From: Hyalangium minutum
Lineage (GTDB): Bacteria > Myxococcota > Myxococcia > Myxococcales > Myxococcaceae
Length of the DNA: 124,000 nucleotides
Assembly: GCF_000737315.1 (NCBI RefSeq)
Contig: NZ_JMCB01000002.1
Location: 20,001 to 144,000, forward strand
Reading direction: 5' to 3'
Notes under the pieces: model-generated
Database searches by the model: none
What the model was told of the DNA's origin: nothing
What the model saw: only the letters and a program-made list of their open reading frames with translations
Position numbers and translations under genes: made by a program
Part shown: positions 104,977 to 114,499 of the stretch, piece by piece
Position numbering within the stretch: the stretch's first letter is position 1
How the letters are laid out: each line of letters opens with the position of its first letter

Positions 104977-105657
104977 ATGATCCGCGTGTGCCTCGTGTCC
105001 GTGCTGCTGTTGAGTGCGCTGAGCCCGCTGCCGGGGCTCGCGCAGATCTCGCCGCCGCCTCTCGTGGCCGCGCCCCCCGGGCAGCTCCTCCCCTCCGAGG
105101 AGGGGAGCGACGAGAAGCCCCCAGGAGAGCTCATCCCGCGCTCCCCCGAGACGCTGAACGGCTCGGAGGGCAGAGCGGGGCGTGTCGTGCTCGAGTCCCT
105201 GGGAGGCGTTCTGCTCGGAGCCATAGGAGGAGTGCCTGCCTTCGGCCTGTCCCTGCTGTTCACCTTTGACTGTGACGGCTGCCACAACACCAACGGGGAG
105301 GCGACGATCCTGGCATTGGCCGGCGTCGCGGGCTTCCTCGGCGGAACGGCGCTCGGGGTGAAGCTGGGCGGGGCGCTCATGGGAGGCGAGGGCCGCTACC
105401 TGCCGACACTCGCTGGGGCGGGTCTGGGGACCCTGGCCGGCGTCCTCGTCGCGCTGCCCACGGGGTTGCTCGTTCATGAGCTGCTGGCCGTTGTTCCGTT
105501 GATCGCGGGCCCCTTCGTCGGAGCCATCATCGGCTACGAGCTGTCGCACTCGAACGAGCTCGAGCGCAAGGCGGCGGGCACCGGTGTGAAGGTGCTCCCG
105601 GCTGTGAGCCTGCGTCCCTCGGGCGGAGTGGTGGCAGGGCTGATGGGTTCGTTCTGA
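104977..105657 (+). CDS. Secreted/membrane protein with Gly-zipper helices
   Basis: Signal peptide, Gly-rich hydrophobic helices, terminal GVVAGLMGSF. Confidence 0.65.
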   Translation: MIRVCLVSVLLLSALSPLPGLAQISPPPLVAAPPGQLLPSEEGSDEKPPGELIPRSPETLNGSEGRAGRVVLESLGGVLLGAIGGVPAFGLSLLFTFDCDGCHNTNGEATILALAGVAGFLGGTALGVKLGGALMGGEGRYLPTLAGAGLGTLAGVLVALPTGLLVHELLAVVPLIAGPFVGAIIGYELSHSNELERKAAGTGVKVLPAVSLRPSGGVVAGLMGSF

Positions 105658-105874
105658 GTCCTGGCTGACTGCGCGCCCGGTGATTACCTCGGTGTAGCCG
105701 TGCCTACCTCGGCGGTGGGCGTGTGCCTGCTCAGCCCTCGACGGTTCGGGAGAACGCGCCTCACGCGAGTGCTTGGGAGTCGACGTTCGCCCGTCCGGGG
105801 GCGGGCGGGCACTCACCATCCCGGAAAGTCATGCGCATCTGGGCGGCCACACCACCCGGTCGGGGGGAGTTCAC

Positions 105875-108800
105875 GTGGCCACGTACCGACTCGTCCGCAA
105901 GCTGGCCGCGGGCGGCATGGCGGAAGTCTTCTTCGCGAAGGTGCTCGGAGCCGAGGGCTTCGAGAAGCCCGTTGCGGTCAAGCGCGTCTTGCCGTCGCTG
106001 TCGCAGAACCAGGAGTTCACCGAGCTGTTCCTTCGCGAGGCCAAGCTCACCGTCTCCCTGCAGCACGCCAACGTCGTCCAGGTGTTTGATCTCGGCTGTG
106101 CCCGCGGCCAGCACTACATGGTGATGGAGTTCGTGGACGGAGAGAACCTCCGCACGCTCCAGCGCGCCGCCGCCAACCAGCAGGTTCCCCTGGGCCTGCG
106201 CGAGGTGTGCTTCATCGTCCAGCAGGTCGCCGAGGGCCTGGCCTACGCCCACGAGAAGCTCGACGCTTCCGGACGTCCGCTCAACATCATCCACCGCGAC
106301 ATCAACCCGTCCAACGTCATGGTGTCCTCGGCCGGCGAGGTGAAGCTCGCCGACTTTGGCATCGCCAAGGCCGCCAACGTTCAGAACGGCACCGAGGTGG
106401 GCGTGGTGAAGGGGAAGATGGGCTACCTCGCCCCCGAGCAGGTGCGCGGCGCTGCAGTGGATCAGCGCGCGGACCTCTTTCTCCTGGGGCTGCTCTTGTA
106501 TGAGCTGCTCTCCGGCCAGCAGCTCTTCTGCGGCCCGGACTACTTCCAGATCCTCCGCGACATCTCGTCCTTTGATGTGAAGACGGTGGTGCCGGTGCCC
106601 GGTGTGCCCGCGCCGCTGTGGAGCATCGTGACTCGGGCGCTGGCGCCGGATCCGGTGGCCCGCTTCCAGCGCGCTCGGGACTTGTCGGACGCGCTGCAGA
106701 ACTTCCTCTTTGATCACCGCCTGCGCGTGGGCCCCCAGGATGTGGCCAAGCTCTTCGCGCGCATCTTCCCTGGGCGGCGCTCGCCGCTGGACACAGGAGT
106801 TCCGGGCACGGCGGAGACCCGTGGCGAGGAGATTCGCCTCGGTGAGCAAGGCGCCTCTCCTCCGGGAGGGACGCGCGGCGTGGCTGTCCGCACCGCGACG
106901 TCGCAGGAGCCCGCTCAGGGCGCGCCTTCGAGGGCGACGCCTGTGCCCTTGCCCCAGACGCAGATCGCGGCTCCCGGGGGCGCCGTGCCGAAGACCGTCG
107001 CCATTCGCACCCACTCGCGCTCGGATCTGCAGCGCCCGGCCACGCCGCCGCCGCTGCCGCAGGGGACGGCGGGAAACCCCGAGCCGGGCCGACGCCTCAC
107101 GCCGGTCCCGCTGCCTCAGCCGCCAAACCCGGACTCCTCGCGGCGGATTCCACTGCCACCGCGCTCCGCGTCGGCTCAGGTGCTGCAGCTCGCCGCCCAG
107201 CGCCCCCGTCCGGCGGTGCGCCGCCCCCTGGGAGAGCTGTTGCTCGCCGCCGGGAAGCTGACAGAGGCGCAGCTCAAGAACATCCTCGACCGGCAGCGGC
107301 GCGAGGGTGGGAAGCTGGGTGAGCGCCTCGTGTCCGAGGGGCTCGTCACGGACGAGGAGTTGGTGGCCGTTGTTGGCGAGCAGTTGGGCATTCCGTTCAT
107401 CTCGGAGGCGCAGCTCCGAGCGCTGCCCGTGCCCACGCTGCTGCTGCCGCTGCTGCCGGTGGAGCACGCCGAGCGCTTCGAGGCCGTTCCCCTCACGCTT
107501 CAGGGCAAGGAGCTCTTCTGCGCCATGCGCGAGCCTCAGAACCTGGAGCGCCTGGACGAGCTCCAGTTCCGCACCGGGTACGCCGTGCGCGGGCTGCTCG
107601 CCAGCGAGGGCGCCATCCGCCGCACCATCAACCGCTTCTATCGCGGGGACGATTCGGCTGCCCCCGACTGGGCCAGCATGATGAAGGTGAGCGCCTCGGA
107701 GCCGCAGCCGGGTGCCTCCCCTGGGTCCCTGCCCGAGGAGACCGCCCTCCAGCCTGTGGAGCCGCCGCCGCCCGCTCCAGCGCCGGAGCCGGTGTCACCT
107801 CCTGTGCCTCCCGCTCCCGCGCCGCAGCCGTCGCGCACGCCGCCGCGCTCGCTGGCGCGCACTCTGCTGGTGGTCGCGGATGATCCAGAGCAGCGGGACG
107901 CGGCCGTGCAGCTCCTCTCGAGGCAGGGCGTGGCGGCGGCCGGCAGCTCCAGTGCCGAGGCCGAGCGCGCGGTGGCCCTCGGTGGTATCGAGGTGGCCCT
108001 GGTCGCAAGCGACACCCTCGCGGATGCATCGGGGGTGGTGGCCCGGCTGATGGCGGCGGCGCCCACCATGGAGGTGCGCGTCCTGCCCTCGCTGGCGGAG
108101 GCACTCGCCGGTGAGGCGGGCCCGCTGGGACGCGCGGCGCGGCTGCACGCACGGGTGCTGGATGCAGCCCTGGCGGCTCTCGGAGGCGCGGGGGTGCAGG
108201 GGGCGGCGCTGGCGAGGTTGGCCCGGCGCGTGGCGCTTCGGCTCGGGGCCGGCAGAGCGGAGGCGGAGCGGGCCTCGGCCGCCGCGTACGCCATGGCCTG
108301 TGCGGCGCGCCTCGAGGGCAAGGAGATCTACGCGAAGCCCGGCTGCGAGGCCGTGCGCGCGCTGCTGGGCAGGGACGCGGGTGAGCTGGCCTCGGTGCTC
108401 GGTGCCCCCTCTGAAGGAACGCCCGCAGCCCAGCCGAGCCGCGCGGCTCTGGCGCTCAACGCGGCCACGGCACTGATGGAGGCGGTGGGGACGGACGCTC
108501 CGAAGCCGGAGGATGCGTCGCGTGCGCTCGTCCGGCTGCGCGAGGAGGGCCGCGTCCCCGCCATCGCCTTGGAGGCCCTGGCCGCCGAGGTGGCCGAGCT
108601 GGTGCTGGGAGATGCCGCCTCTCCCACGATTGTGTTGGCCGAGCCGGATCCCGCGCGCTCCGCCACGCTCCAGGCGCGCTTCCTGGCCGAGGGCGTGCGC
108701 GTGATGCTCGCGGACTCGGTGGCCCGCGCCCGGGAGCTGCTGGCGGGAGGCGCCCGCGTCCTGGTGATGGCCGCTCGCCTGCCGGACGGGGATGGGGCCT

Positions 108801-109009
108801 CGCTGACGCGGGAGCTGCGCGTGGCCACGCCCACCGCCGAGGTGCCCATCTTCATCCTCGCCTCTCCAGAGGATCCGGGGATGGTGGAGGCAGGGCTCGA
108901 TGCCGGGGCGGATGACGTGCTCACCTACCCGGTGAACCCGGACGTGCTGGCGGCGAAGGTGCGCCGGGCGCTCCAGCCGCGCCGTCCCGTGGTGGCGGCG
109001 GCGAGCTGA
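105875..109009 (+). CDS. Ser/Thr kinase with MshEN/GspE-N, receiver-like, helical and receiver domains
   Basis: LAAGGMA, HRDINPSN, DFG, GKMGYLAPEQ; PLGELLLAAGKL...KLGERLVSEGLV; C-terminal GADDVLTYP. Confidence 0.92.
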   Translation: MATYRLVRKLAAGGMAEVFFAKVLGAEGFEKPVAVKRVLPSLSQNQEFTELFLREAKLTVSLQHANVVQVFDLGCARGQHYMVMEFVDGENLRTLQRAAANQQVPLGLREVCFIVQQVAEGLAYAHEKLDASGRPLNIIHRDINPSNVMVSSAGEVKLADFGIAKAANVQNGTEVGVVKGKMGYLAPEQVRGAAVDQRADLFLLGLLLYELLSGQQLFCGPDYFQILRDISSFDVKTVVPVPGVPAPLWSIVTRALAPDPVARFQRARDLSDALQNFLFDHRLRVGPQDVAKLFARIFPGRRSPLDTGVPGTAETRGEEIRLGEQGASPPGGTRGVAVRTATSQEPAQGAPSRATPVPLPQTQIAAPGGAVPKTVAIRTHSRSDLQRPATPPPLPQGTAGNPEPGRRLTPVPLPQPPNPDSSRRIPLPPRSASAQVLQLAAQRPRPAVRRPLGELLLAAGKLTEAQLKNILDRQRREGGKLGERLVSEGLVTDEELVAVVGEQLGIPFISEAQLRALPVPTLLLPLLPVEHAERFEAVPLTLQGKELFCAMREPQNLERLDELQFRTGYAVRGLLASEGAIRRTINRFYRGDDSAAPDWASMMKVSASEPQPGASPGSLPEETALQPVEPPPPAPAPEPVSPPVPPAPAPQPSRTPPRSLARTLLVVADDPEQRDAAVQLLSRQGVAAAGSSSAEAERAVALGGIEVALVASDTLADASGVVARLMAAAPTMEVRVLPSLAEALAGEAGPLGRAARLHARVLDAALAALGGAGVQGAALARLARRVALRLGAGRAEAERASAAAYAMACAARLEGKEIYAKPGCEAVRALLGRDAGELASVLGAPSEGTPAAQPSRAALALNAATALMEAVGTDAPKPEDASRALVRLREEGRVPAIALEALAAEVAELVLGDAASPTIVLAEPDPARSATLQARFLAEGVRVMLADSVARARELLAGGARVLVMAARLPDGDGASLTRELRVATPTAEVPIFILASPEDPGMVEAGLDAGADDVLTYPVNPDVLAAKVRRALQPRRPVVAAAS

Positions 109010-109204
109010 GTGGCCGAGCAGCCTCGCCCACACACACCCGCGATGCCCACGAGCCACGCGCGTGGCTGGAGACCCACGGCGTTGCGGGGCCAACCCCTCG
109101 AAGTGTCAGGCAGTGGAGGAGGGCATGGGCACTGCAGGCGCCCAGACGTCTTCCCCGGAATCTTCCCGGCGCTCGATTGTCGACGGAGGCGCACCCACAC
109201 TGCT

Positions 109205-111358
109205 ATGCACCCCCCCACCATGGAAGTCCTCTCCCTTTCTTCGCGCCGAGCCCTGGGGCTGGGGCTGGCGCTGCTCCTCACCGCCTGTCCGAAGACGACG
109301 ACCCCCGTTCGAGGAGGTGCTGGAGGGACCGGCGAAGGTTCTCAGCAGACCCTCCCGACGAAGCCTCAGGTCGAGGCGAAGAAGGACGCCACGGCGGACG
109401 CGGCGCTGGCCCAGGCCGTGGAGACTGCGGCGCGCACGCCGGACAAGCTGCAGGCGGCCGAGGTGTTGCTCACAGTGCGCAAGACGTACCCGGGCACCAC
109501 TGCCAGCCAGGAGGCGCTCTACCGCGCCGGTGTCCTCTACTTCGAGTCCGAGAACTACGCCGAGGCCCGGAAGACCTTCAACGAGCTGCTCTTCGAGAAC
109601 CCGCTCTACCCGCAGGCGGAGGACGCCAAGTACAAGCTGGCCCTGTCCGCGCTGGAGGTGGGCGCGTACCGGGATGCGTACCAGACGCTCTCCAGCCTCG
109701 CCGAGCGGGCCGAGGGCGCCCAGCGCGAGAAGCTCCTCCAGGAGGCTGCTCGGGCCGCGGAGGGCGCGGGGCTGTTTGGCGTGGCGCTCGACAACGCGGT
109801 GAAGGCGGCCGAGGACGCGAAGACGCCCCAGGAGCAGGCCGCCGCGGTGCAGCGGGTGGAGCAGCTGGTGGAGGGCCGCGCGTCCTTCGTGGATGTGGCC
109901 CGCGTGGTGGAGGGCATGTCGCCCCGGCACCCGGCGTGGCCCGTGCTGACCTTCAAGCTGGCGCGCATCTACTACCACCTGCGCGACTGGACGCGGCTCG
110001 AGGAGACGCTGAACCGCTTCCTGCAGGAGGCCCCCAGCTCCCCGTTCGCCGGACAGGCCCGCGAGCTGCTGAGCCGCGCCACCCGCCGCGTGGAGGTGCG
110101 TCCCAAGACGGTGGGCGTGCTGCTGCCGATGACGGGCCGCTACAAGCCCATCGGTGAGGCGGTGCTGCGCGGTGTGCAGCTGGGGCTGGCGGGCAGTGAC
110201 ATCGAGCTCATCGTCAAGGACACCCAGGGCGAGGTGATGCTGGCGGGGCAGGCGGTGGAGCAGCTGGCGTTCGACGAGGGCGCCATCGCCGTGCTCGGGC
110301 CGCTGCTGCCGGATGACTCGCGCCGCGCGGCGCTGGTGGCCGAGGAGCTCCAGATTCCCCTGCTGACGATGACGCGCGCCGAGGGAATCACGGAGATTGG
110401 CCCGCACGTGTTCCGCAACATGCTGACGAACTCGGCGCAGGCGCAGGCCATCGCGGACTACGCCATGCGCGTGCGCGGCTTCAAGCGCTTCGCGGTGCTC
110501 TACCCGAACATCCCGTACGGCGTGGAGATGGCCAACGGCTTCTGGGACGAGGTGGTGGAGAAGGGCGGCACGGTGCGCGGCGCGGAGAGCTACGCGCACG
110601 ACCAGACGACCTTCACGGACGAGGCCAAGAAGCTGGTGGGCCGCTACTACCTGGAGGACCGCGCCGACTACCTGGAGGGCATGCGCGACATCCAGGGCGA
110701 GAGCCTGGATGCGTTCCGCAAGCGCAAGGCGGTGGAGAAGCTCAAGGGTGGCCTGGAGCCGGTGGTGGACTTCGAGGCCATCTTCATCCCGGACGACTGG
110801 AAGCGCGTGAGCCTGGTGGGCCCGGCGCTCGCGGTGGAGGACATCATCACCAACGCGTGCGACCCGAGGGACTTGGAGCGCATCCGCAAGACGACGGGGA
110901 AGAAGGACCTGAAGACGGTGACGCTGCTGGGCACCAATACGTGGAGCAGCCCGAAGGGCCGCTCGGGGCTGCCGGAGCTCATCGAGCGCGGCGGCAAGTT
111001 CGTCACCTGCTCGGTGTACGTGGACGGCTTCTTCATCGACTCGCAGCGCCCGGCCACGCGCAAGTTCGTCCAGGCCTTCCGCGAGGCCTACAAGGACGTG
111101 GACAAGGATCCGGGGCTGCTGGAGGCCATTGGGTATGACTCGGCGCTGATGCTGCGGCAGCTCATCGACAAGCAGCGCCCGCGCACGCGCAGCGACATGC
111201 GCGAGGCGCTCCTGAACCTGAAGAACTTCGAGGGCGCCACGGGCCGCACCTCGTTCAGCGACAAGCGCGAGGCGGTCAAGCCGCTCTTCATGCTGTCCGT
111301 GGACAACCGGGGCGTGAAGGAGCTCCCGCCGGAGGCTGCTGGAGGCTCGGGCTCATGA
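109205..111358 (+). CDS. LpoA-like (penicillin-binding protein activator) lipoprotein with TPR and periplasmic-binding domain
   Basis: LLLTAC lipobox; TPRs; VGVLLPMTGRY, AVLGPLL, FEGATG. Confidence 0.8.
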   Translation: MHPPTMEVLSLSSRRALGLGLALLLTACPKTTTPVRGGAGGTGEGSQQTLPTKPQVEAKKDATADAALAQAVETAARTPDKLQAAEVLLTVRKTYPGTTASQEALYRAGVLYFESENYAEARKTFNELLFENPLYPQAEDAKYKLALSALEVGAYRDAYQTLSSLAERAEGAQREKLLQEAARAAEGAGLFGVALDNAVKAAEDAKTPQEQAAAVQRVEQLVEGRASFVDVARVVEGMSPRHPAWPVLTFKLARIYYHLRDWTRLEETLNRFLQEAPSSPFAGQARELLSRATRRVEVRPKTVGVLLPMTGRYKPIGEAVLRGVQLGLAGSDIELIVKDTQGEVMLAGQAVEQLAFDEGAIAVLGPLLPDDSRRAALVAEELQIPLLTMTRAEGITEIGPHVFRNMLTNSAQAQAIADYAMRVRGFKRFAVLYPNIPYGVEMANGFWDEVVEKGGTVRGAESYAHDQTTFTDEAKKLVGRYYLEDRADYLEGMRDIQGESLDAFRKRKAVEKLKGGLEPVVDFEAIFIPDDWKRVSLVGPALAVEDIITNACDPRDLERIRKTTGKKDLKTVTLLGTNTWSSPKGRSGLPELIERGGKFVTCSVYVDGFFIDSQRPATRKFVQAFREAYKDVDKDPGLLEAIGYDSALMLRQLIDKQRPRTRSDMREALLNLKNFEGATGRTSFSDKREAVKPLFMLSVDNRGVKELPPEAAGGSGS

Positions 111359-112953
111359 GGTACAGCGCGCGGCTGCTGCTCGCGGGGTGGGTGGTGCTCG
111401 GGGTGGGCTGTGCCCACAAGCTGCCGGGGCTCACTCCCGAGGTGTTCTCCGGTCTGCGCGAGCAGCCCGGGAACTACGTGGCGGGAAAGACGGTGGGGCT
111501 GTCGGATGGGCCGCTGCTCAACAACAAGGACTTCGTCTACACCATCGGCTTCTCGCCGGACAGCTCGCGCGTGGCGTACACGCACCTGGGGCCGAAGTTC
111601 TATGAGCTCGCGCTGTGGACGCTGGTCCCAGAGCCCAAGCTCGTGGCTGACAAGACCGTCAACCCCTACGAGTTCGACATCGAGGCCGTGAGCTTCTCTC
111701 CGGACGGCGGGCTGGTGGCCACGGCCGGGCGGGACGGCGCGGTGCGCCTCTTCGATGCCTCCACCAATGAACCCAAGGGACGGGTGCTGGCCGAGGAGCC
111801 CCTCACCGCCATGACCTTCCACCCGAGCGGCCGCTATGTGGTGGTGGGCAGCGCGAAGGGACTCATCTCCGTCTTCAGCGTGCCTCAGCTGGCCTTCGTC
111901 TATGAAGTCCGGGCCCACATGGGGCCGGTGAGCGCGCTGGCCTTCACGGCCGAGGGCGCGCTGTACAGCGGCAGCTGGGACAAGCACGTGCGCGCCTGGG
112001 AGTCTCGGGAGGAGGTGCTGCGCACGGATCAGGCCCGCGTCATCTTCGACAGGCGCGGCGGCTTCAGCGTGGTGCGCGGAGGCGTCAACGGCAAGGCGCA
112101 GGCCTCCTTCGCGCTGGACACGCGCGCCCCCGCCATCATCCTCAACACCGAGACGGCCACCCAGGCCGGCATCGACGTGGCCTTCCTGAAGGACACACTC
112201 ACGGTGCCCACGCCCCTGGGCAACACCGTGGCGAAGCTGGCGCGCGGCCAGTCCCTGCGCTTCAAGTCCCTGCCCGTGGAGAACGTGGACATCGCCATCT
112301 GCGACGTGTGCGTGCCCACGGGCGCTCAGGGCGTGCTGGGGACGCCCTTCCTCGAGCGCTTCGACGTCAGCTTCGATGAGTCCACCCATGAGGCGATCCT
112401 CACCTCGAAGGCGGGCGCCGTGCCGGGTGCGGAGGCGCAGGGCCTGGCGCTGAACCCGAAGAGCGACTTCGTCTTCGAGGGCCACGTCAACGACGTCACC
112501 GTGGATGCCAAGGGCCAGCGGCTGGGCGTGGCGTTCTCGGAGGAGAAGGCGGAGCGCTCGCGCACCGTCTACGAGCGCGAGAAGAACAAGGTCGTCGAGC
112601 CCCAGGCCCCCTTCAATGCGGGCGCGCTGGTGGACGCCGCCACGGGCCAGGTTCTCCAGAAGTGGCCCATCCACCACGGCGTGGTGTCCACGGCCAGCAT
112701 CTCTCCGGATGGGCGCTCACTGGCCTCGGGCGGCTGGGACAAGCGCCTGCTGCTGTTCACCGAGGGCAATGCCCAACCCCTGGATGAGCGTGAGTTCGGC
112801 TGGTCCGTGCGCCGGGTGCGCTTCAGCCCGGATGGGCGCTGGGTCGCCGTTGCCGCGTGGACGCCGCAGAACCCCATCGGAGACCAGGAGAGTGATCCGG
112901 CCGCGGCGCTCTTCGAGGTGGCCTACGAGCAGCCCTCGGTGGAGCGGCGCTGA
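111355..112953 (+). CDS. WD40 beta-propeller lipoprotein with an inserted retropepsin-like domain
   Basis: LGVGC lipobox; WD repeats (VSFSPDGGLVATAGRDG); insert FALDTRAPAIILN...GVLGTPFLERF. Confidence 0.8.
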   Translation: MRYSARLLLAGWVVLGVGCAHKLPGLTPEVFSGLREQPGNYVAGKTVGLSDGPLLNNKDFVYTIGFSPDSSRVAYTHLGPKFYELALWTLVPEPKLVADKTVNPYEFDIEAVSFSPDGGLVATAGRDGAVRLFDASTNEPKGRVLAEEPLTAMTFHPSGRYVVVGSAKGLISVFSVPQLAFVYEVRAHMGPVSALAFTAEGALYSGSWDKHVRAWESREEVLRTDQARVIFDRRGGFSVVRGGVNGKAQASFALDTRAPAIILNTETATQAGIDVAFLKDTLTVPTPLGNTVAKLARGQSLRFKSLPVENVDIAICDVCVPTGAQGVLGTPFLERFDVSFDESTHEAILTSKAGAVPGAEAQGLALNPKSDFVFEGHVNDVTVDAKGQRLGVAFSEEKAERSRTVYEREKNKVVEPQAPFNAGALVDAATGQVLQKWPIHHGVVSTASISPDGRSLASGGWDKRLLLFTEGNAQPLDEREFGWSVRRVRFSPDGRWVAVAAWTPQNPIGDQESDPAAALFEVAYEQPSVERR

Positions 112954-113643
112954 CTAGAAGTTCTGGGAGATGGCGTGCGCGGGCAGCCCTCGGGCCAGCA
113001 GCGCCGAGATGACGCCCTGCACCATCTCCTTCTGGCCGCACACGAAGGCCCGGGTGCCCAGCGCGAGGGGCTCCTCCTTCAGGTGCGCCTGCACGTAGCC
113101 CGTGAGGCCCTGCCAGCCGCTGGCACCGGGCTGGCTCACCGTGGGCACCACGTGGATGTCGGCCTGCTCCCAGGTCTTGAAGTCTCGCGCGTACGCGAAC
113201 GCTCCGGGCGTGCGCGCGCCGAAGTACAGCGTCACCTTCCCGTAGGCCTCCCGCTCCTGGCGGATGCTCTCGATGACGGAGCGGATGGGCGAGATGCCCG
113301 AGCCGGTCGCGAACAGGAGCACATCCCTCTCCCGCGCCTGCTCCAGCGGGAAGCCGGGGCCCTCGGGACGGCTCACGTCCACCTGCTTGCCCAGGCCCAG
113401 GTGGACCAGCGCGTCCGTGAGGGGGCTGGTGGCCTTGACCAGCAAATCCCATTGCTCGGCCCCCGGCGGCGAGGCGAGGGCGAACAGGCCTTCCGTGGCG
113501 CCGGGCAGACGCAGATGGACATACTGTCCCGGCCTCTGGTGTGCCCCTCGCAGAGGAGTGCCCGAGAGGTCGAGCGTCAGATCGGTCAGCCCATCCGCCG
113601 CCGGCGAACAGGCCACCAGGGTGGCCGGGAACCATTCGGTCAT
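112954..113643 (-). CDS. FAD/NAD(P)-binding oxidoreductase (FNR family)
   Basis: PGQYVHL, PEGPGF, LFATGSGISP, FVCGQKEM. Confidence 0.88.
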   Translation of the reverse strand: MTEWFPATLVACSPAADGLTDLTLDLSGTPLRGAHQRPGQYVHLRLPGATEGLFALASPPGAEQWDLLVKATSPLTDALVHLGLGKQVDVSRPEGPGFPLEQARERDVLLFATGSGISPIRSVIESIRQEREAYGKVTLYFGARTPGAFAYARDFKTWEQADIHVVPTVSQPGASGWQGLTGYVQAHLKEEPLALGTRAFVCGQKEMVQGVISALLARGLPAHAISQNF

Positions 113644-113701
113644 GTCTCTCCCGTTTTAACCCGCGAGCGCGTTTGGCGCCTCCCTGGTAGCCTTGGGGGC
113701 T

Positions 113702-114481
113702 GTGAAGGCCATCATCTGGATATCGCTTTTTATGCTGGGGCTGGGAGGGGTGCTCTTCCCGGCCTATTACCTCTACAAGGCGAGCAAGCTGCCCCCCATG
113801 GACAGCGAGTTCGAGATCGAGAAGCAGCTCAAGCACGCCATTGAAGGCGATCGCATGAGTCTGGTGTCCGGCATGTACGTGAAGCCGGACCGGTCCATCA
113901 CCTTCAACCGTCCGGACTTCACGCGGCTGCCCAAGGACCTGGTGGCCATCTACATCACCCAGATGGGGTGCCCGCAGTTCTTCCAGACGCCGCGCGAGGA
114001 CGGGTTCGCCTGGGCCTGGCGGCTCTTTGTCGGCGCCACCGTGGGTGGCCAGCCGCCGGGAGATGGCGGCTGTGAGCACATCCTCGCCTACCGGATCGCG
114101 TGGAAGCTGGGGGTGCGCGATGAGATGGAGCTGACGGTGGCCTCCAACAAGCTCCACGCCTTCCTCCAGAAGGATCAGCTCATCGCGTACGACCTGGCCA
114201 TCATCCAGTTCGAGCGCGGCGTGGTGGGCGTGGAGGACGCCGCCTACAAGCTCTTCGGCCGCGAGCTGGACAAGCTGTCGCTGGCGGAGCTCGGAGAGCT
114301 GCAGCTGGCCCTGCCGCCGTACGGCTACTACGACGACCTGAAGACCTGCCAGAACGCGGCCATCATGAAGCAGAACCGCGACCTCGTCCTGAAGTACACC
114401 GCCGGCGTGGAGCTGCTGGGCCGCGACAAGGTGAACAACGCCCTCGCCCAGCCGGTCTTCTGCACCCAGCGCAAGCAGTGA
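113702..114481 (+). CDS. Degenerate peptidoglycan transglycosylase (GT51)-like membrane protein
   Basis: N-terminal TM; GVVGVEDAAYKLFGRELDKLSLAELGEL matches GT51 motifs, but EDxxFxxH is not found. Confidence 0.65.
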   Translation: MKAIIWISLFMLGLGGVLFPAYYLYKASKLPPMDSEFEIEKQLKHAIEGDRMSLVSGMYVKPDRSITFNRPDFTRLPKDLVAIYITQMGCPQFFQTPREDGFAWAWRLFVGATVGGQPPGDGGCEHILAYRIAWKLGVRDEMELTVASNKLHAFLQKDQLIAYDLAIIQFERGVVGVEDAAYKLFGRELDKLSLAELGELQLALPPYGYYDDLKTCQNAAIMKQNRDLVLKYTAGVELLGRDKVNNALAQPVFCTQRKQ

Positions 114482-114499
114482 GGTGCCGCGCTCCGGCGC

